A DNA stretch of 64,000 bases from Acidobacteriota bacterium (GCA_965217775.1 CBDCJH010000002.1:1120001-1184000); one strand, 5' to 3'; shown: positions 37,891-46,924, numbered from the stretch's first letter. The notes: generated from the sequence alone by a model not told the origin. A program made the numbers and translations.

Positions 37891-39198
37891 CTATCCCTCG
37901 TTGGCGCGGAGCACACGCAGGAAGTTTCCACCCAGGATCTTGGCGATCTCCTCCACCGAGTAACCTCGCTCCAGGAGGCCACCCGCGAACTGCCGGTAGA
38001 GCCAGGTGTAGTCTTCCCGCCTCATGTCGATGTCGGTCCCGATGCCGACATGGTCGATGCCAACCAGCTTCACGATGTGGTCGATGTGGTCCAGGGTGCC
38101 TTCCACGTTGGAGCCATGAGTGATGAGTCCCGAGTAGGGTTGGACCGTCAGGAGGGGACTCAGAGGAGGCAGGCCCAAGACCTCGAGAGCGTTCTGCTTC
38201 TCGGCCGGGTCGCGGATGGCCGCGGCCAAGCGGAAGGGATCCGGATATCGTTCCGCCAGGTAGTTGCCGATCCGGGCCTGAGCGGTCCAGGTGCCCACCG
38301 TCCGGATCGCTTCCAGGTGTTTGGGGTCGTAATAGGCGCCGACGGCGATCAATCCACCTTTTCGGGCCAGTGCCTGAATCAGATCGTCGGTCAGGTTTCG
38401 GACCGCATCGACCAGGGACCGGGCTCCCGAATGGGACGCGATGACCGGTTTCTCGGAGGCCTCGATGGCCTCTTGCATGGTCTGGTCCGAGGAATGGGAC
38501 AGATCCACCAGGATCCCCAGGCGATTGCACTCCCGCACCACCTCCAGACCGAAATCATTCAGTCCCAGGTCGTCGTCATCCAGGATTCCGGAGCAGGAAT
38601 CGGCCCAGGAGGCGGGGAACGCGTGAGCCATCTCCAAGCGGCGGAGTCCCAGCCTGCGGTAGACCCTAAGGGTGGCCAGGTCCTCGACCACGATTCCACT
38701 GTCCACGCCGAGCATGAGGGAGAGCTTGCCTTCCGCACGGAAGCGTTCCAGATCGTCCGCGGTGAGAGCCAGACCCACCTGGGGGTGGGCAGCGGCCGTC
38801 TCGTGGACGGCGTCCACTTCCCACAGGAAACGCTTGACGGCGTCGGCGCCAGTGAAGACACTTCGAGCCAGGACATGCCCCGGCTCGGGGGACGCGTAGA
38901 CGTAGGGTGTGAAGTCTCCCACGATGAGCGCCTCGGTGACCGTCCCGATGCCCAAGACGGCGACGTCGATCCCTTCCGCCAGCAGGGCCGCCGGATCGAA
39001 GGGGGTCTCCGGCTGCTTGGGGAAGCGGAAGAATCGCGTGGTGACCGCAGGGTCGACGACGATGTTCCGTTGGAGAATTTCGGTGACCGGGTCCGCCGCC
39101 GGGGCCTCGGGAGCGGGACCGGCGCAGGCTGCGCACAACAAAAGGCCGGCCAGCGCGGGCCCACGTGTGGTGGAAAACGGATTTGTACCTACAGGCAT
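37891..39198 (-). CDS. Membrane dipeptidase (M19)-like lipoprotein, copy 2 (tandem paralog)
   Basis: Same motifs and same 435-aa length as copy 1. Confidence 0.88.
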   Translation of the reverse strand: MPVGTNPFSTTRGPALAGLLLCAACAGPAPEAPAADPVTEILQRNIVVDPAVTTRFFRFPKQPETPFDPAALLAEGIDVAVLGIGTVTEALIVGDFTPYVYASPEPGHVLARSVFTGADAVKRFLWEVDAVHETAAAHPQVGLALTADDLERFRAEGKLSLMLGVDSGIVVEDLATLRVYRRLGLRRLEMAHAFPASWADSCSGILDDDDLGLNDFGLEVVRECNRLGILVDLSHSSDQTMQEAIEASEKPVIASHSGARSLVDAVRNLTDDLIQALARKGGLIAVGAYYDPKHLEAIRTVGTWTAQARIGNYLAERYPDPFRLAAAIRDPAEKQNALEVLGLPPLSPLLTVQPYSGLITHGSNVEGTLDHIDHIVKLVGIDHVGIGTDIDMRREDYTWLYRQFAGGLLERGYSVEEIAKILGGNFLRVLRANEG

Positions 39199-39341
39199 GG
39201 ATGAGTCGCCTCCTTTCCTGGTCCGCCCGGAAGTGTAGCGGAAGATTTAAGGAAAGGCATGGCCCGTAACGGGGTCCGGTTGTGCTCGGAACCCGGCCAA
39301 TGCAGGCTCGGGTATTCTGTGGTGCGGGAGGATTAGGAAAG

Positions 39342-41075
39342 ATGCTTCACGTCGGATCGCTGGAGGAAGTTCGGTCCAGAAGTCCCCTGGTGGTGTCCAA
39401 GGGCCCGGTCCCCATCGTGATCTTCCACCACGATGGGGAGCTGCATGCCGTTGACAACCGCTGCCCGCACATGGGTTTTCCCCTGCATCGCGGCACCGTG
39501 GAGGACGGCATCCTCACCTGCTATTGGCACCATGCGCGCTTCGATCTGGTGAGCGGCTGCACCTTCAATCTGTTCGCCGACGATGTGGATTCCTACGGCG
39601 TAGAGGTCCGGGACGGGCAGGTCTTTCTGGACGTCACGCCGCCGCCGGTCGATCCGGTCCGGCGCTGGAGCCAGCGGCTCACGGAGGGGATGGAGCAGAA
39701 TCTCAGCCTGATCGTGGGCAAATCGGTGGTGGGACTGCACCACAGCGGTGTGTCCCACGACCAGGTCGCACGGCAGGGGGCTCTTTACGGAGTCCGTCAT
39801 CGCCGGGACTGGAGTTCGGGCCTCACCATCCTCAGCGCCATGGCCAACGTCTGCGACGGCCTCGCGGGAACCGAGCGGATCCCGCCCATGTACCACGGAC
39901 TGGTCCAAATCGCCCGGGACTGCTCCGGCCGGACTCCCAAGTTCGAAATTCAGCCCCTTAGAAATCAGGAGATCCCGGCGGGCCATCTCAAGCGCTGGTT
40001 CCGCTACTTCGTGGAGGTCAGGAGCACCGAGGGCGCCGAGCGCTGCCTCCTGACCGCCGTCCACAAAGGGATGTCGGACGCCCAGTTGACCGACTTGGTG
40101 GGTGCCGCGGCCACCGACCACGTCTACCTGGACGGCGGCCACGTCATCGACTTCGTGAACAAGGCCTTCGAGCTGCTGGACCGCATCGGCTGGGAACATG
40201 CCGGCCGGTTGCTGCCCGCCCTGATCCAGCCCCTGTGCCTGGCGGTTCGAAGCGAGGAGAGAAATCCGTGGCGGCACCCCATCGATCTGGTGCCCCTGCT
40301 GCGCCAGGCGGTGGCCCAAATCCCCGAAGCGCTGGAAGCGGGGCAGGGGAAGACCTGGACCAAGCCGAATAACTTCACTGAAGCTTTGTTCAGCGACGAT
40401 CCCCACACCCCCATCGAGGCGCTATTGGCGGCGTTGCGCGAGGGCGCCCAACCGGTGCAGTTGGCCCAAGCCGTGGCCTACTCCGCGGCGCTACGCATCG
40501 TCCGATTTCATGTCCAGAACGAGTTGGCCGACTGGGTCGCGGTCCTGCACACTTTCACCTACTCCAACGCCCTGCATCAGCTGCTCAAACGCAACCCGTC
40601 GCCCGATCTGACACGGGGCGTGTTTCACGGTGCCATGCGAGTCTATCTGGACCGTTTCTTCAATATCCCGCCGGCACGGCTGCCATCAAGCCGGGCCTCG
40701 TCCCCGGCGGAGCTGAACGGAGATTCGATTCGGGCTCGTCTCCTGACGCTCATGAACCACCAGCAGGAGACGGACCGGGCCGGACAGATAGTCTGGAGTT
40801 ACCTGGAGCGGGGCGGGTCCGAGGGTCCGCTCATCTCGGCCCTGACCGAGAGCCTGATGCGGGAGGACGCCAACTTCCACACGTTTCAGATGCTGGAGGC
40901 GGCCATTCGGCAATACACCGAGTCCGAGGACCCGGACGAGAAGCATCTGGTGATGGTCGGGGCGGCCCGCTACCTGGCGGCCCATGCTCCGACTCAGCGG
41001 GCCATGAACCAGACCCTCCGCGTCGCCATCCGCCTTCATCGAGGAGACCCGGTCTACGAACCGGAGACGGACTAG
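39342..41075 (+). CDS. Rieske (2Fe-2S) domain protein with long helical C-terminal region
   Basis: NRCPHMGFPL...LTCYWHHARFD Rieske ligands. Confidence 0.88.
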   Translation: MLHVGSLEEVRSRSPLVVSKGPVPIVIFHHDGELHAVDNRCPHMGFPLHRGTVEDGILTCYWHHARFDLVSGCTFNLFADDVDSYGVEVRDGQVFLDVTPPPVDPVRRWSQRLTEGMEQNLSLIVGKSVVGLHHSGVSHDQVARQGALYGVRHRRDWSSGLTILSAMANVCDGLAGTERIPPMYHGLVQIARDCSGRTPKFEIQPLRNQEIPAGHLKRWFRYFVEVRSTEGAERCLLTAVHKGMSDAQLTDLVGAAATDHVYLDGGHVIDFVNKAFELLDRIGWEHAGRLLPALIQPLCLAVRSEERNPWRHPIDLVPLLRQAVAQIPEALEAGQGKTWTKPNNFTEALFSDDPHTPIEALLAALREGAQPVQLAQAVAYSAALRIVRFHVQNELADWVAVLHTFTYSNALHQLLKRNPSPDLTRGVFHGAMRVYLDRFFNIPPARLPSSRASSPAELNGDSIRARLLTLMNHQQETDRAGQIVWSYLERGGSEGPLISALTESLMREDANFHTFQMLEAAIRQYTESEDPDEKHLVMVGAARYLAAHAPTQRAMNQTLRVAIRLHRGDPVYEPETD

Positions 41076-41530
41076 GAGCGACGACTTTCTTGTCGCCGGA
41101 TGGGAGTATCCATGTTGCAAGTGGTGGGTGCTAATCGGTGTTTCCATCCCGTGTCGTTAGTGCGTGATCTGTCCGGTCCAAGAGGCACAGGGTTAGGAGG
41201 AGCGTTCTTCCGCCGGAGGTGAGGCGGAGATCGAACTGGATCCGCCGGGCGCCGTGCAGGGGGCGATGAGTGGACCGATCAACTGGATCGAGGGGCCTGA
41301 GATCGTCGACGTCAGTCCTCCGGGAGGTCCGGATACGCCCTGGGGAGCGTCGGGTCAAGCCTCCGGCTCCTCCGCTTCGCTGCGCCCCTTCGGGTGACCC
41401 GACGCTCCCCAGGGCGTGAAGAGCTTTCATGGCCGTAAGCAAGCTTCCGGCCAGGCCTGACCGGAAGTTCTACAGACGTTCCTTGGGGGACCCGACACGT
41501 CCCCTCTCCTCCTCGGGTCGCTCCGTGGGC

Positions 41531-42478
41531 TCAGGAGACCACGCGGGGTGCGACGGGCAACCAGGTGCGGTCCTGCCGGACGAGGGTGTTGGCCAGGACG
41601 ATGAGCTTGCGCATGACGGCGACGAGGGCCACCTTGCCGGGCTTGCCGCGCTCTCTCAGCCTCCGGTACACCTCGGCCAAGTCGGGGTTCCAGCGCAGGG
41701 CGGACACCGCCGGCATGTACAGGAGCCGTCGCGCCCGCGCCCGTCCGCCGCGGATGAACGCCCGGCCCTGCCAAGCCCCCGACTCGCGCGGAACGGCGGC
41801 CAACCCGGCCAGACTGGCGGCGGCCTTGCCGCTGAGGGCGCCCAACTCGGGCATCTCGGCCAGCAGACCGGCGGCGGTGGTGGCCGCGATCCCCGGGATG
41901 GAGGTGAGGATCTCCAACTTGCGGGCCCGCGCCTCGTCGGCCGCGATCAGCGTCTGCATTTTGCGGTCGATGGTGCGCACGTGACGCTCGAACATGTTGA
42001 TCTGGGTCTGGTGCTGCTGTTTCAACACGGGTTCGCGGAGCTGTTGGCGGCGGTTGAGCGTGGCCGTGCGCTGGCGCATCAGCCCGTCCCGGACCATCTG
42101 CAGTTCCTGGAGCCGGCGTTGCGTTTTCGACGGCGCCGGGGTCCGGCGCGGATCCAGGCTGGCGGCCAACTGGGCCAGTTTCCGAGCGTCTACGGCGTCG
42201 GTCTTGGCACGGCTCCCGGTCGCCTCGGCGAAGCGCCGCGCCTGCCAGGGGTTCACCTTCGCCAGCGGCAGCTTCGCTTTGGACAGCGCTTCCTCGAGGT
42301 CCCGGTGGTAGGGGCCGGTGGCCTCGTAGACGACGCACTCGACCGGAGTTCCGATCCAATCGATCAGCGCCCGGAAGCCGGCCGGGTCATTGTCGAACTG
42401 GGCGGAATGGCCGTCGGCCAGCCGGTGCGCGTCCAGGTGCGCTTTCGAGATGTCGATGCCTACGGTATGCTGTTTCAT
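41531..42478 (-). CDS. IS110-family DEDD recombinase/transposase
   Basis: VGIDISK, YEATG, KTDAVDA (DEDD); SIPGIA, RESG serine, GGR...R..LYM, AVMRKL. Confidence 0.95.
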   Translation of the reverse strand: MKQHTVGIDISKAHLDAHRLADGHSAQFDNDPAGFRALIDWIGTPVECVVYEATGPYHRDLEEALSKAKLPLAKVNPWQARRFAEATGSRAKTDAVDARKLAQLAASLDPRRTPAPSKTQRRLQELQMVRDGLMRQRTATLNRRQQLREPVLKQQHQTQINMFERHVRTIDRKMQTLIAADEARARKLEILTSIPGIAATTAAGLLAEMPELGALSGKAAASLAGLAAVPRESGAWQGRAFIRGGRARARRLLYMPAVSALRWNPDLAEVYRRLRERGKPGKVALVAVMRKLIVLANTLVRQDRTWLPVAPRVVS

Positions 42479-42484
42479 CTTTCC

Positions 42485-42644
42485 TGTCTCCTGTGCTTGT
42501 CATTCGGGCCATGATGCCCTTGTATCCATTCAGGACATCGGGAAAGACGGTGGCCGACCTCACTCCACATCCGGATCTGACGGTCAGCGGCGACACGGTC
42601 CAGCCACCGCCGTCCGGGTCGCTCATGAGCGACCCGGACGGCCC
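42485..42644 (-). ncRNA. Putative IS110 bridge RNA in the left end (ends approximate)
   Basis: 5' 34-nt perfect hairpin (42609-42642); loop with GUCGCCGCU/GUGGAG matching the REP target; loop with AUGGAUAC/GACAAG matching the element end junction. Confidence 0.85.
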
Positions 42645-42660
42645 TATTTAAACAGACAAG

Positions 42661-42881
42661 CGGCGGCTTTCTTGCCGCCGACCAGGGGGGTTAGGGGGGA
42701 CGGAGTCCCCACTCTACACTTTCCGGCCTCTACACTTTGCGGCCACCGAATCGCATAGCAACACAGAAGACCAGGCGACAAGAAAGTCGCCTGTCCCAAT
42801 GGGCGGCAAGAAAGCCGCCCCTCCTAATGGGCGGCAAGAAAGCCGCCCCTCCTAATGGGCGACAAGAAAGTCGCCCCTCCT
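42661..42881. repeat. REPIN-like unit plus three tandem 28-bp REPs
   Basis: AATGGGCGRCAAGAAAGYCGCCCCTCCT three times (42798-42881); 42661-42792 is an inverted homolog of ~2357-2491. Confidence 0.88.
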
Positions 42882-44094
42882 AATGCGGACCCCGGTTGTG
42901 CCACCAGCGCAACTCCAGGCCCCGCTCGTTGACGGCGACCACGTCGGGCCACTCATCCCCGTCCATGTCCGCCACGATCACGGTGGCGCCCAGAATCCAA
43001 TGCTCCTTCAGCGGGTGCTTCTTCCAGGGCGCCGTGGGATCTCCGGAATTCTCGAACCAGGCAACCTGCCCCTTCTGGCCGAACCCGGTGGCCACCACGT
43101 CCAGGTCGCCGTCCTTGTCCAGATCGTGGGGGACACCCTCGAAGCCGTACCAGAAACCTTCCTGGATGTTGTGCATGCGCCAGCGGTGGCCCCGTCCGGG
43201 TTCGCCAGTGTTCTCGTACCAGACCAGATAGTGGCGGTCGGGAGCATCTCTCCCCAGCAGCCCACCCGCCATGATCAGGTCCAGGTCGCCGTCCCGGTCG
43301 AGGTCGACGGGCGTCCCATGCATGGGAAGGTGGCGGAGGCTGATGACGTGCCGCCTCCAGGGACCGGCGGCCGGATTACCGCTGTTCTCGTACCAGAGAA
43401 CCATGCCGGCCACCCGGGCCGAACCTACGAGATCCATGAGCCCGTCCCCGTTGAAGTCTCCTGCCCGGATCATCCGCGTCTCGAACCGGCCTTCGTCCAC
43501 GACATGGGTGGGCCATTCCTCGTGCTGCCACGGACCGGGATTCCGATACCAGGTGAACTTGTTCCCGAGCCGCCAACTGGAAGCGGCCACATCCGGGCGG
43601 CCGTCCCCGTCCAGATCGGCCACGTCCACGTCGTAGGCCCCCATGAGGCCGCCGCTGGTGATGGAGTGTCTTTTCCACGATTTGGTCTGCGCCGGATTTC
43701 CCGGGTTCTCGAACCAGAAGACGTCGCCGTAGAAATTGTCGATCCCGACCAGATCGATACGCCCGTCCTGGTTGATGTCCGCCAGCCGGTGCCGTTCGTA
43801 ACGGCCTTGCCAGTCTTCGCTGGCGATGGAATGGCGCCGGAACTTGCCGGATCCGTCGTTCTCGTACCAGTAGAAGGCGTTGTGGATGCGGGATCCCTTG
43901 GTCCCGCAATCGGAACTGGTGAGATCCAGGTCGCCGTCACCGTCCAGGTCGGCCGCGGCCACGGCGTAGGCGTAGGTGTAGTCGTTGGAGATGAGGTGTT
44001 CCTCGAACTTCAGGTCACGGGCCTGAAGCAGCAGGCTCGCAGTGACGAGTCCGAGGCAGATTCCGTAGGTGTTTCGATACTTGGACCAATTCAT
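42880..44094 (-). CDS. Secreted FG-GAP/VCBS repeat beta-propeller protein
   Basis: Seven ADLDGDGDLD-type repeats, each followed by W(F/Y)EN.G...W..H; signal peptide. Confidence 0.88.
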   Translation of the reverse strand: MNWSKYRNTYGICLGLVTASLLLQARDLKFEEHLISNDYTYAYAVAAADLDGDGDLDLTSSDCGTKGSRIHNAFYWYENDGSGKFRRHSIASEDWQGRYERHRLADINQDGRIDLVGIDNFYGDVFWFENPGNPAQTKSWKRHSITSGGLMGAYDVDVADLDGDGRPDVAASSWRLGNKFTWYRNPGPWQHEEWPTHVVDEGRFETRMIRAGDFNGDGLMDLVGSARVAGMVLWYENSGNPAAGPWRRHVISLRHLPMHGTPVDLDRDGDLDLIMAGGLLGRDAPDRHYLVWYENTGEPGRGHRWRMHNIQEGFWYGFEGVPHDLDKDGDLDVVATGFGQKGQVAWFENSGDPTAPWKKHPLKEHWILGATVIVADMDGDEWPDVVAVNERGLELRWWHNRGPH

Positions 44095-44284
44095 GACGCC
44101 TCCCAGTTTTCCAGAGACCATAGCTTGCCCACTTTGCCGGTATCAAGGACCCGGCGCCATTGGTTCCGGTCTCCACAGGTGTCGATAGACTGAAGTGGTG
44201 ATCAAGTTTTTCGAGAAACAATGAAACTTTCGCCGGGCTTCGGGGTTTTCATTAGGACGATGGGATCGAAATCGCCAGTGCGTT

Positions 44285-44827
44285 ATGACCGACACCAGCG
44301 CTTTTGAAGCGTTCGTTTGCAAGCACCAGGACCGGGTCTTCGGCATCGCCGTGCGGTTGCTGGGGGATCAGGCCGAGGCCGAGGACGTTTCCCAGACCGT
44401 CTTCCTGAAGGCGTTCGAACGTTTCGAACGGTTGGGGAGCAACCCTTCGGCAGGAGGCTGGCTGAGAACGGTGACCACGAACCTGTGCCTGAACCACCTG
44501 TCCCGTTATCGGGCGCGCTGGCGTCTGTTCAGCCAGCGATCGCCCGATGCAGCCGGAGCCGGACGGAGCTACGAAGAGCGTCTGGTTGTGCCCGGGTCCC
44601 AGTCGGCGGACCTGGAACGCGCCGGCGAGCATGCGCGGTTGGAGCAGGGAATTCGTGGGTTGCCGCCTCATCAACGTGTGCCGCTTGTGCTGTTTCATTT
44701 CGAAGATAAGAGTTATAGAGAGATCGCCGGAATCCTGGGTGTCACCCTGGCCAAGGTCAAGACCGACATCCACCGGGGCCGCCAGGCTCTCCGGCGCTTG
44801 ATGGAGATGAACGATGAACGGCAATGA
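44285..44827 (+). CDS. ECF sigma factor
   Basis: AEDVSQTVFLKAF, WL..VT.NLCLN, SYREIA.ILG.....VK..IHRGR. Confidence 0.92.
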   Translation: MTDTSAFEAFVCKHQDRVFGIAVRLLGDQAEAEDVSQTVFLKAFERFERLGSNPSAGGWLRTVTTNLCLNHLSRYRARWRLFSQRSPDAAGAGRSYEERLVVPGSQSADLERAGEHARLEQGIRGLPPHQRVPLVLFHFEDKSYREIAGILGVTLAKVKTDIHRGRQALRRLMEMNDERQ

Positions 44828-45266
44828 TCCGGAGTCCATGATTCATCGAAGACTGTCCCAACTCCCGCCGCCGCGTGCGCCGAGAACACTCGTTCCCCGG
44901 GTGATGGCTCGGGTTCGAACGCGGCGTCAGAGTCCTTGGTATGCGCAGCCTTGGATCGCTTGGCCGCGGGTTTGGCAAGTGGTGTCGGTGACGCTGCTCC
45001 TGGGCCTTTGCAGTATGGCTTGGCACGTCGTCGAAGGCGCACGTGGCCTTTTCGATTTCTCCTGGGCCACGAGGGTAGAGACGAGCATCATTGCCGTCAC
45101 CGACACGATTTCGGCGCTGGCGGAAAGTGGGCGGATCCTGCGTCGTGTGATTCTGGAACCGGTTGCCGGACATCTCATGATCGTGATCGTGGTCGTGTGC
45201 ATGGCGAGCGCGTTGCTCGGTGCGGCACTGGCCCGTTTGCTCCAGGAAAGGGAGGCTGGACGATGA
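44814..45266 (+). CDS. Putative membrane anti-sigma factor
   Basis: Coupled to the ECF gene; LP..RAP.TL.PRVM N-terminus and two TM segments. Confidence 0.65.
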   Translation: MNGNDPESMIHRRLSQLPPPRAPRTLVPRVMARVRTRRQSPWYAQPWIAWPRVWQVVSVTLLLGLCSMAWHVVEGARGLFDFSWATRVETSIIAVTDTISALAESGRILRRVILEPVAGHLMIVIVVVCMASALLGAALARLLQEREAGR

Positions 45267-46744
45267 AGTTCGCTTGGGCATTTTCGGGATTGTTGGTCGT
45301 GGCGCTGGGTCTCTCCGCGGGTTGTGGCCTCGATTCGAGCGGGCCTGACGCGCCTCCGGTTCCAGGGATTCTGGAAGTCGGCAGCGATGACGGTGAAGTG
45401 GTGAAGATCGGCGGGAACTACGTTCTCCCAAAAGATCAAGAGGTCGAAAGGCTCGTCGTCATCTCGGGTCTGGCTCGAATCGAGGGGACGGTCAAGGACG
45501 AAATGGTGGTGATCGCCGGCGGAGCGACGCTTGCCGGCAGCGCCCGCGTCCAGGGCAATGTCGTGGTCTTGGGAGGAACGGTCGAAGTCGAGGAGGGAGC
45601 CACCGTACAAAGAGATCTGGTGGTGCTTGGAGGTGGGTTGGAGGTTCCCCCCGGCTTCGAACCGGGCGGAGAACAGGTATCGATCGGGACAATTCCTACA
45701 GGAGGGATGCTGGCCGAAGTGATTCCCTGGTTCACCCAAGGGCTGTTTCTGGGCCGGCCTATCGTGCCGAGTCTAACCTGGATCTGGGCTGTCGTGGCCG
45801 TTCTGGCACTCTTGTATCTGCTGATCAACTTTATCTTCTCCGGTCCCGTGCACGCTTGCGCTCAAGCTCTCGCCGACAAGCCGCTGAGCGTGGGTCTGGT
45901 GGGCATGTTGGTGGTGGTCTTGATTGCTCCCCTGTCTTTGATGCTGGTGGTGTCCGTTATCGGGCTGGTGCTGATTCCGTTCTTCTGGGTCATGCTCCTG
46001 GTCGCCGGACTCGTGGGGAGTGTGGGTGTGGCCCGCTGGATCGGAACCCGTGTTCTGGCTGAGGAGTCTCCGGAAAACCGTGTCGATGCAGCGCGGTCGC
46101 TGCTGATCGGACTTGCCTTGATCACTCTGGTCTTCATGATTCCTGTCCTGGGTTTCGCCGCATGGTCCGTGTTGTGCGTACTGGCATTGGGCGCGGCGGC
46201 GACCGAAGCCTTTGCGGGTTTGAGGCGAGAAAATCCGGCCGCACCGTCCCCGGCCGCGCCATCGCCGCCGCCGGTACCGGCAGGAAGCGGACCAGCGGAT
46301 GACAAAGCTGTGGAATCCGCCGCACAAACGGCATCGCAAGACGAACGCGTTTCGGCGGACGACCTTTCCGCGTTTCAGAGAGCCACCTTTCTGGTTCGAC
46401 TGGGGGCTTTCCTGATTGATCTCGCCATGGTGGCCTTCTTGACGCACCTCCTGGAGATAGGAGGAGGAAAAACGTTTCTGCTTTTCTTGATCTATCGCAT
46501 CGCACACTGGAGTTGGCAGGGGACGACGGTCGGCGGCATCATCTGCCGTTTGCGCGTCGTGCGCACCGATGGAACCCCGATCCGCTTCACCGAGGCGGCG
46601 GTGCGGGGACTCAGCAGCATCCTTTCGACGTTGGTCGTGGGACTGGGATGGCTCTGGATTCTCTGGGATCCGGAGCGGCAGGCATGGCACGACAAGATCG
46701 CGGGAACCCTCGTGGTTCGAGTCCCGGCCGATTGGCCCCGGTGA
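45263..46744 (+). CDS. Membrane protein with beta-helix-like N-terminus and C-terminal RDD domain
   Basis: Repeated VV(I/L)GG strands, multiple TM helices, RLGAFLID...G.T.GG....LRVV...QAWHDKIAGT. Confidence 0.8.
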   Translation: MKFAWAFSGLLVVALGLSAGCGLDSSGPDAPPVPGILEVGSDDGEVVKIGGNYVLPKDQEVERLVVISGLARIEGTVKDEMVVIAGGATLAGSARVQGNVVVLGGTVEVEEGATVQRDLVVLGGGLEVPPGFEPGGEQVSIGTIPTGGMLAEVIPWFTQGLFLGRPIVPSLTWIWAVVAVLALLYLLINFIFSGPVHACAQALADKPLSVGLVGMLVVVLIAPLSLMLVVSVIGLVLIPFFWVMLLVAGLVGSVGVARWIGTRVLAEESPENRVDAARSLLIGLALITLVFMIPVLGFAAWSVLCVLALGAAATEAFAGLRRENPAAPSPAAPSPPPVPAGSGPADDKAVESAAQTASQDERVSADDLSAFQRATFLVRLGAFLIDLAMVAFLTHLLEIGGGKTFLLFLIYRIAHWSWQGTTVGGIICRLRVVRTDGTPIRFTEAAVRGLSSILSTLVVGLGWLWILWDPERQAWHDKIAGTLVVRVPADWPR

Positions 46745-46768
46745 CAACCGAAGTGACGAGCGAAAAAG

Positions 46769-46804
46769 TGTCCGAATTCGGACAGTTTGTCCCGATTTCG
46801 GACA
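46769..46804. promoter_or_regulatory. Tandem TGT-N10-ACA-type palindromic sites, cluster 1
   Basis: TGTCCGAATTCGGACA GTT TGTCCCGATTTCGGACA. Confidence 0.6.
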
Positions 46805-46924
46805 CCTGGGACCGACTCGATATACCGTCACGGATTCCGCTGCCCATGGACCTCTGTTACCCGGAAGGGCCACCCGGATTCGCGGATGATCTATCGTAGT
46901 CGGTTTAGAGGTAACAAATCTGCC

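Larger units (their letters stand above)
41105..42660 (-). mobile_element. IS110-family insertion sequence inserted in a REP at a CT core
   Basis: AG (CT on the element strand) at 41105-41106 and 42659-42660; removing the element restores TGGGAGCGGCGGCTTTCTTGCCGCC, matching the adjacent REP TAGGAGCGACGACTTTCTTGTCGCC; no terminal IRs. Confidence 0.9.

Noticed and set aside
41131-41442. 103-aa ORF in the IS110 right end as a passenger gene
   Set aside because: No recognisable motif or RBS, and it runs through long perfect hairpins; more likely non-coding.
42798-42881. CRISPR array (28-bp repeats)
   Set aside because: Head-to-tail repeats with no spacers; same REP family as 2243 and 41073.
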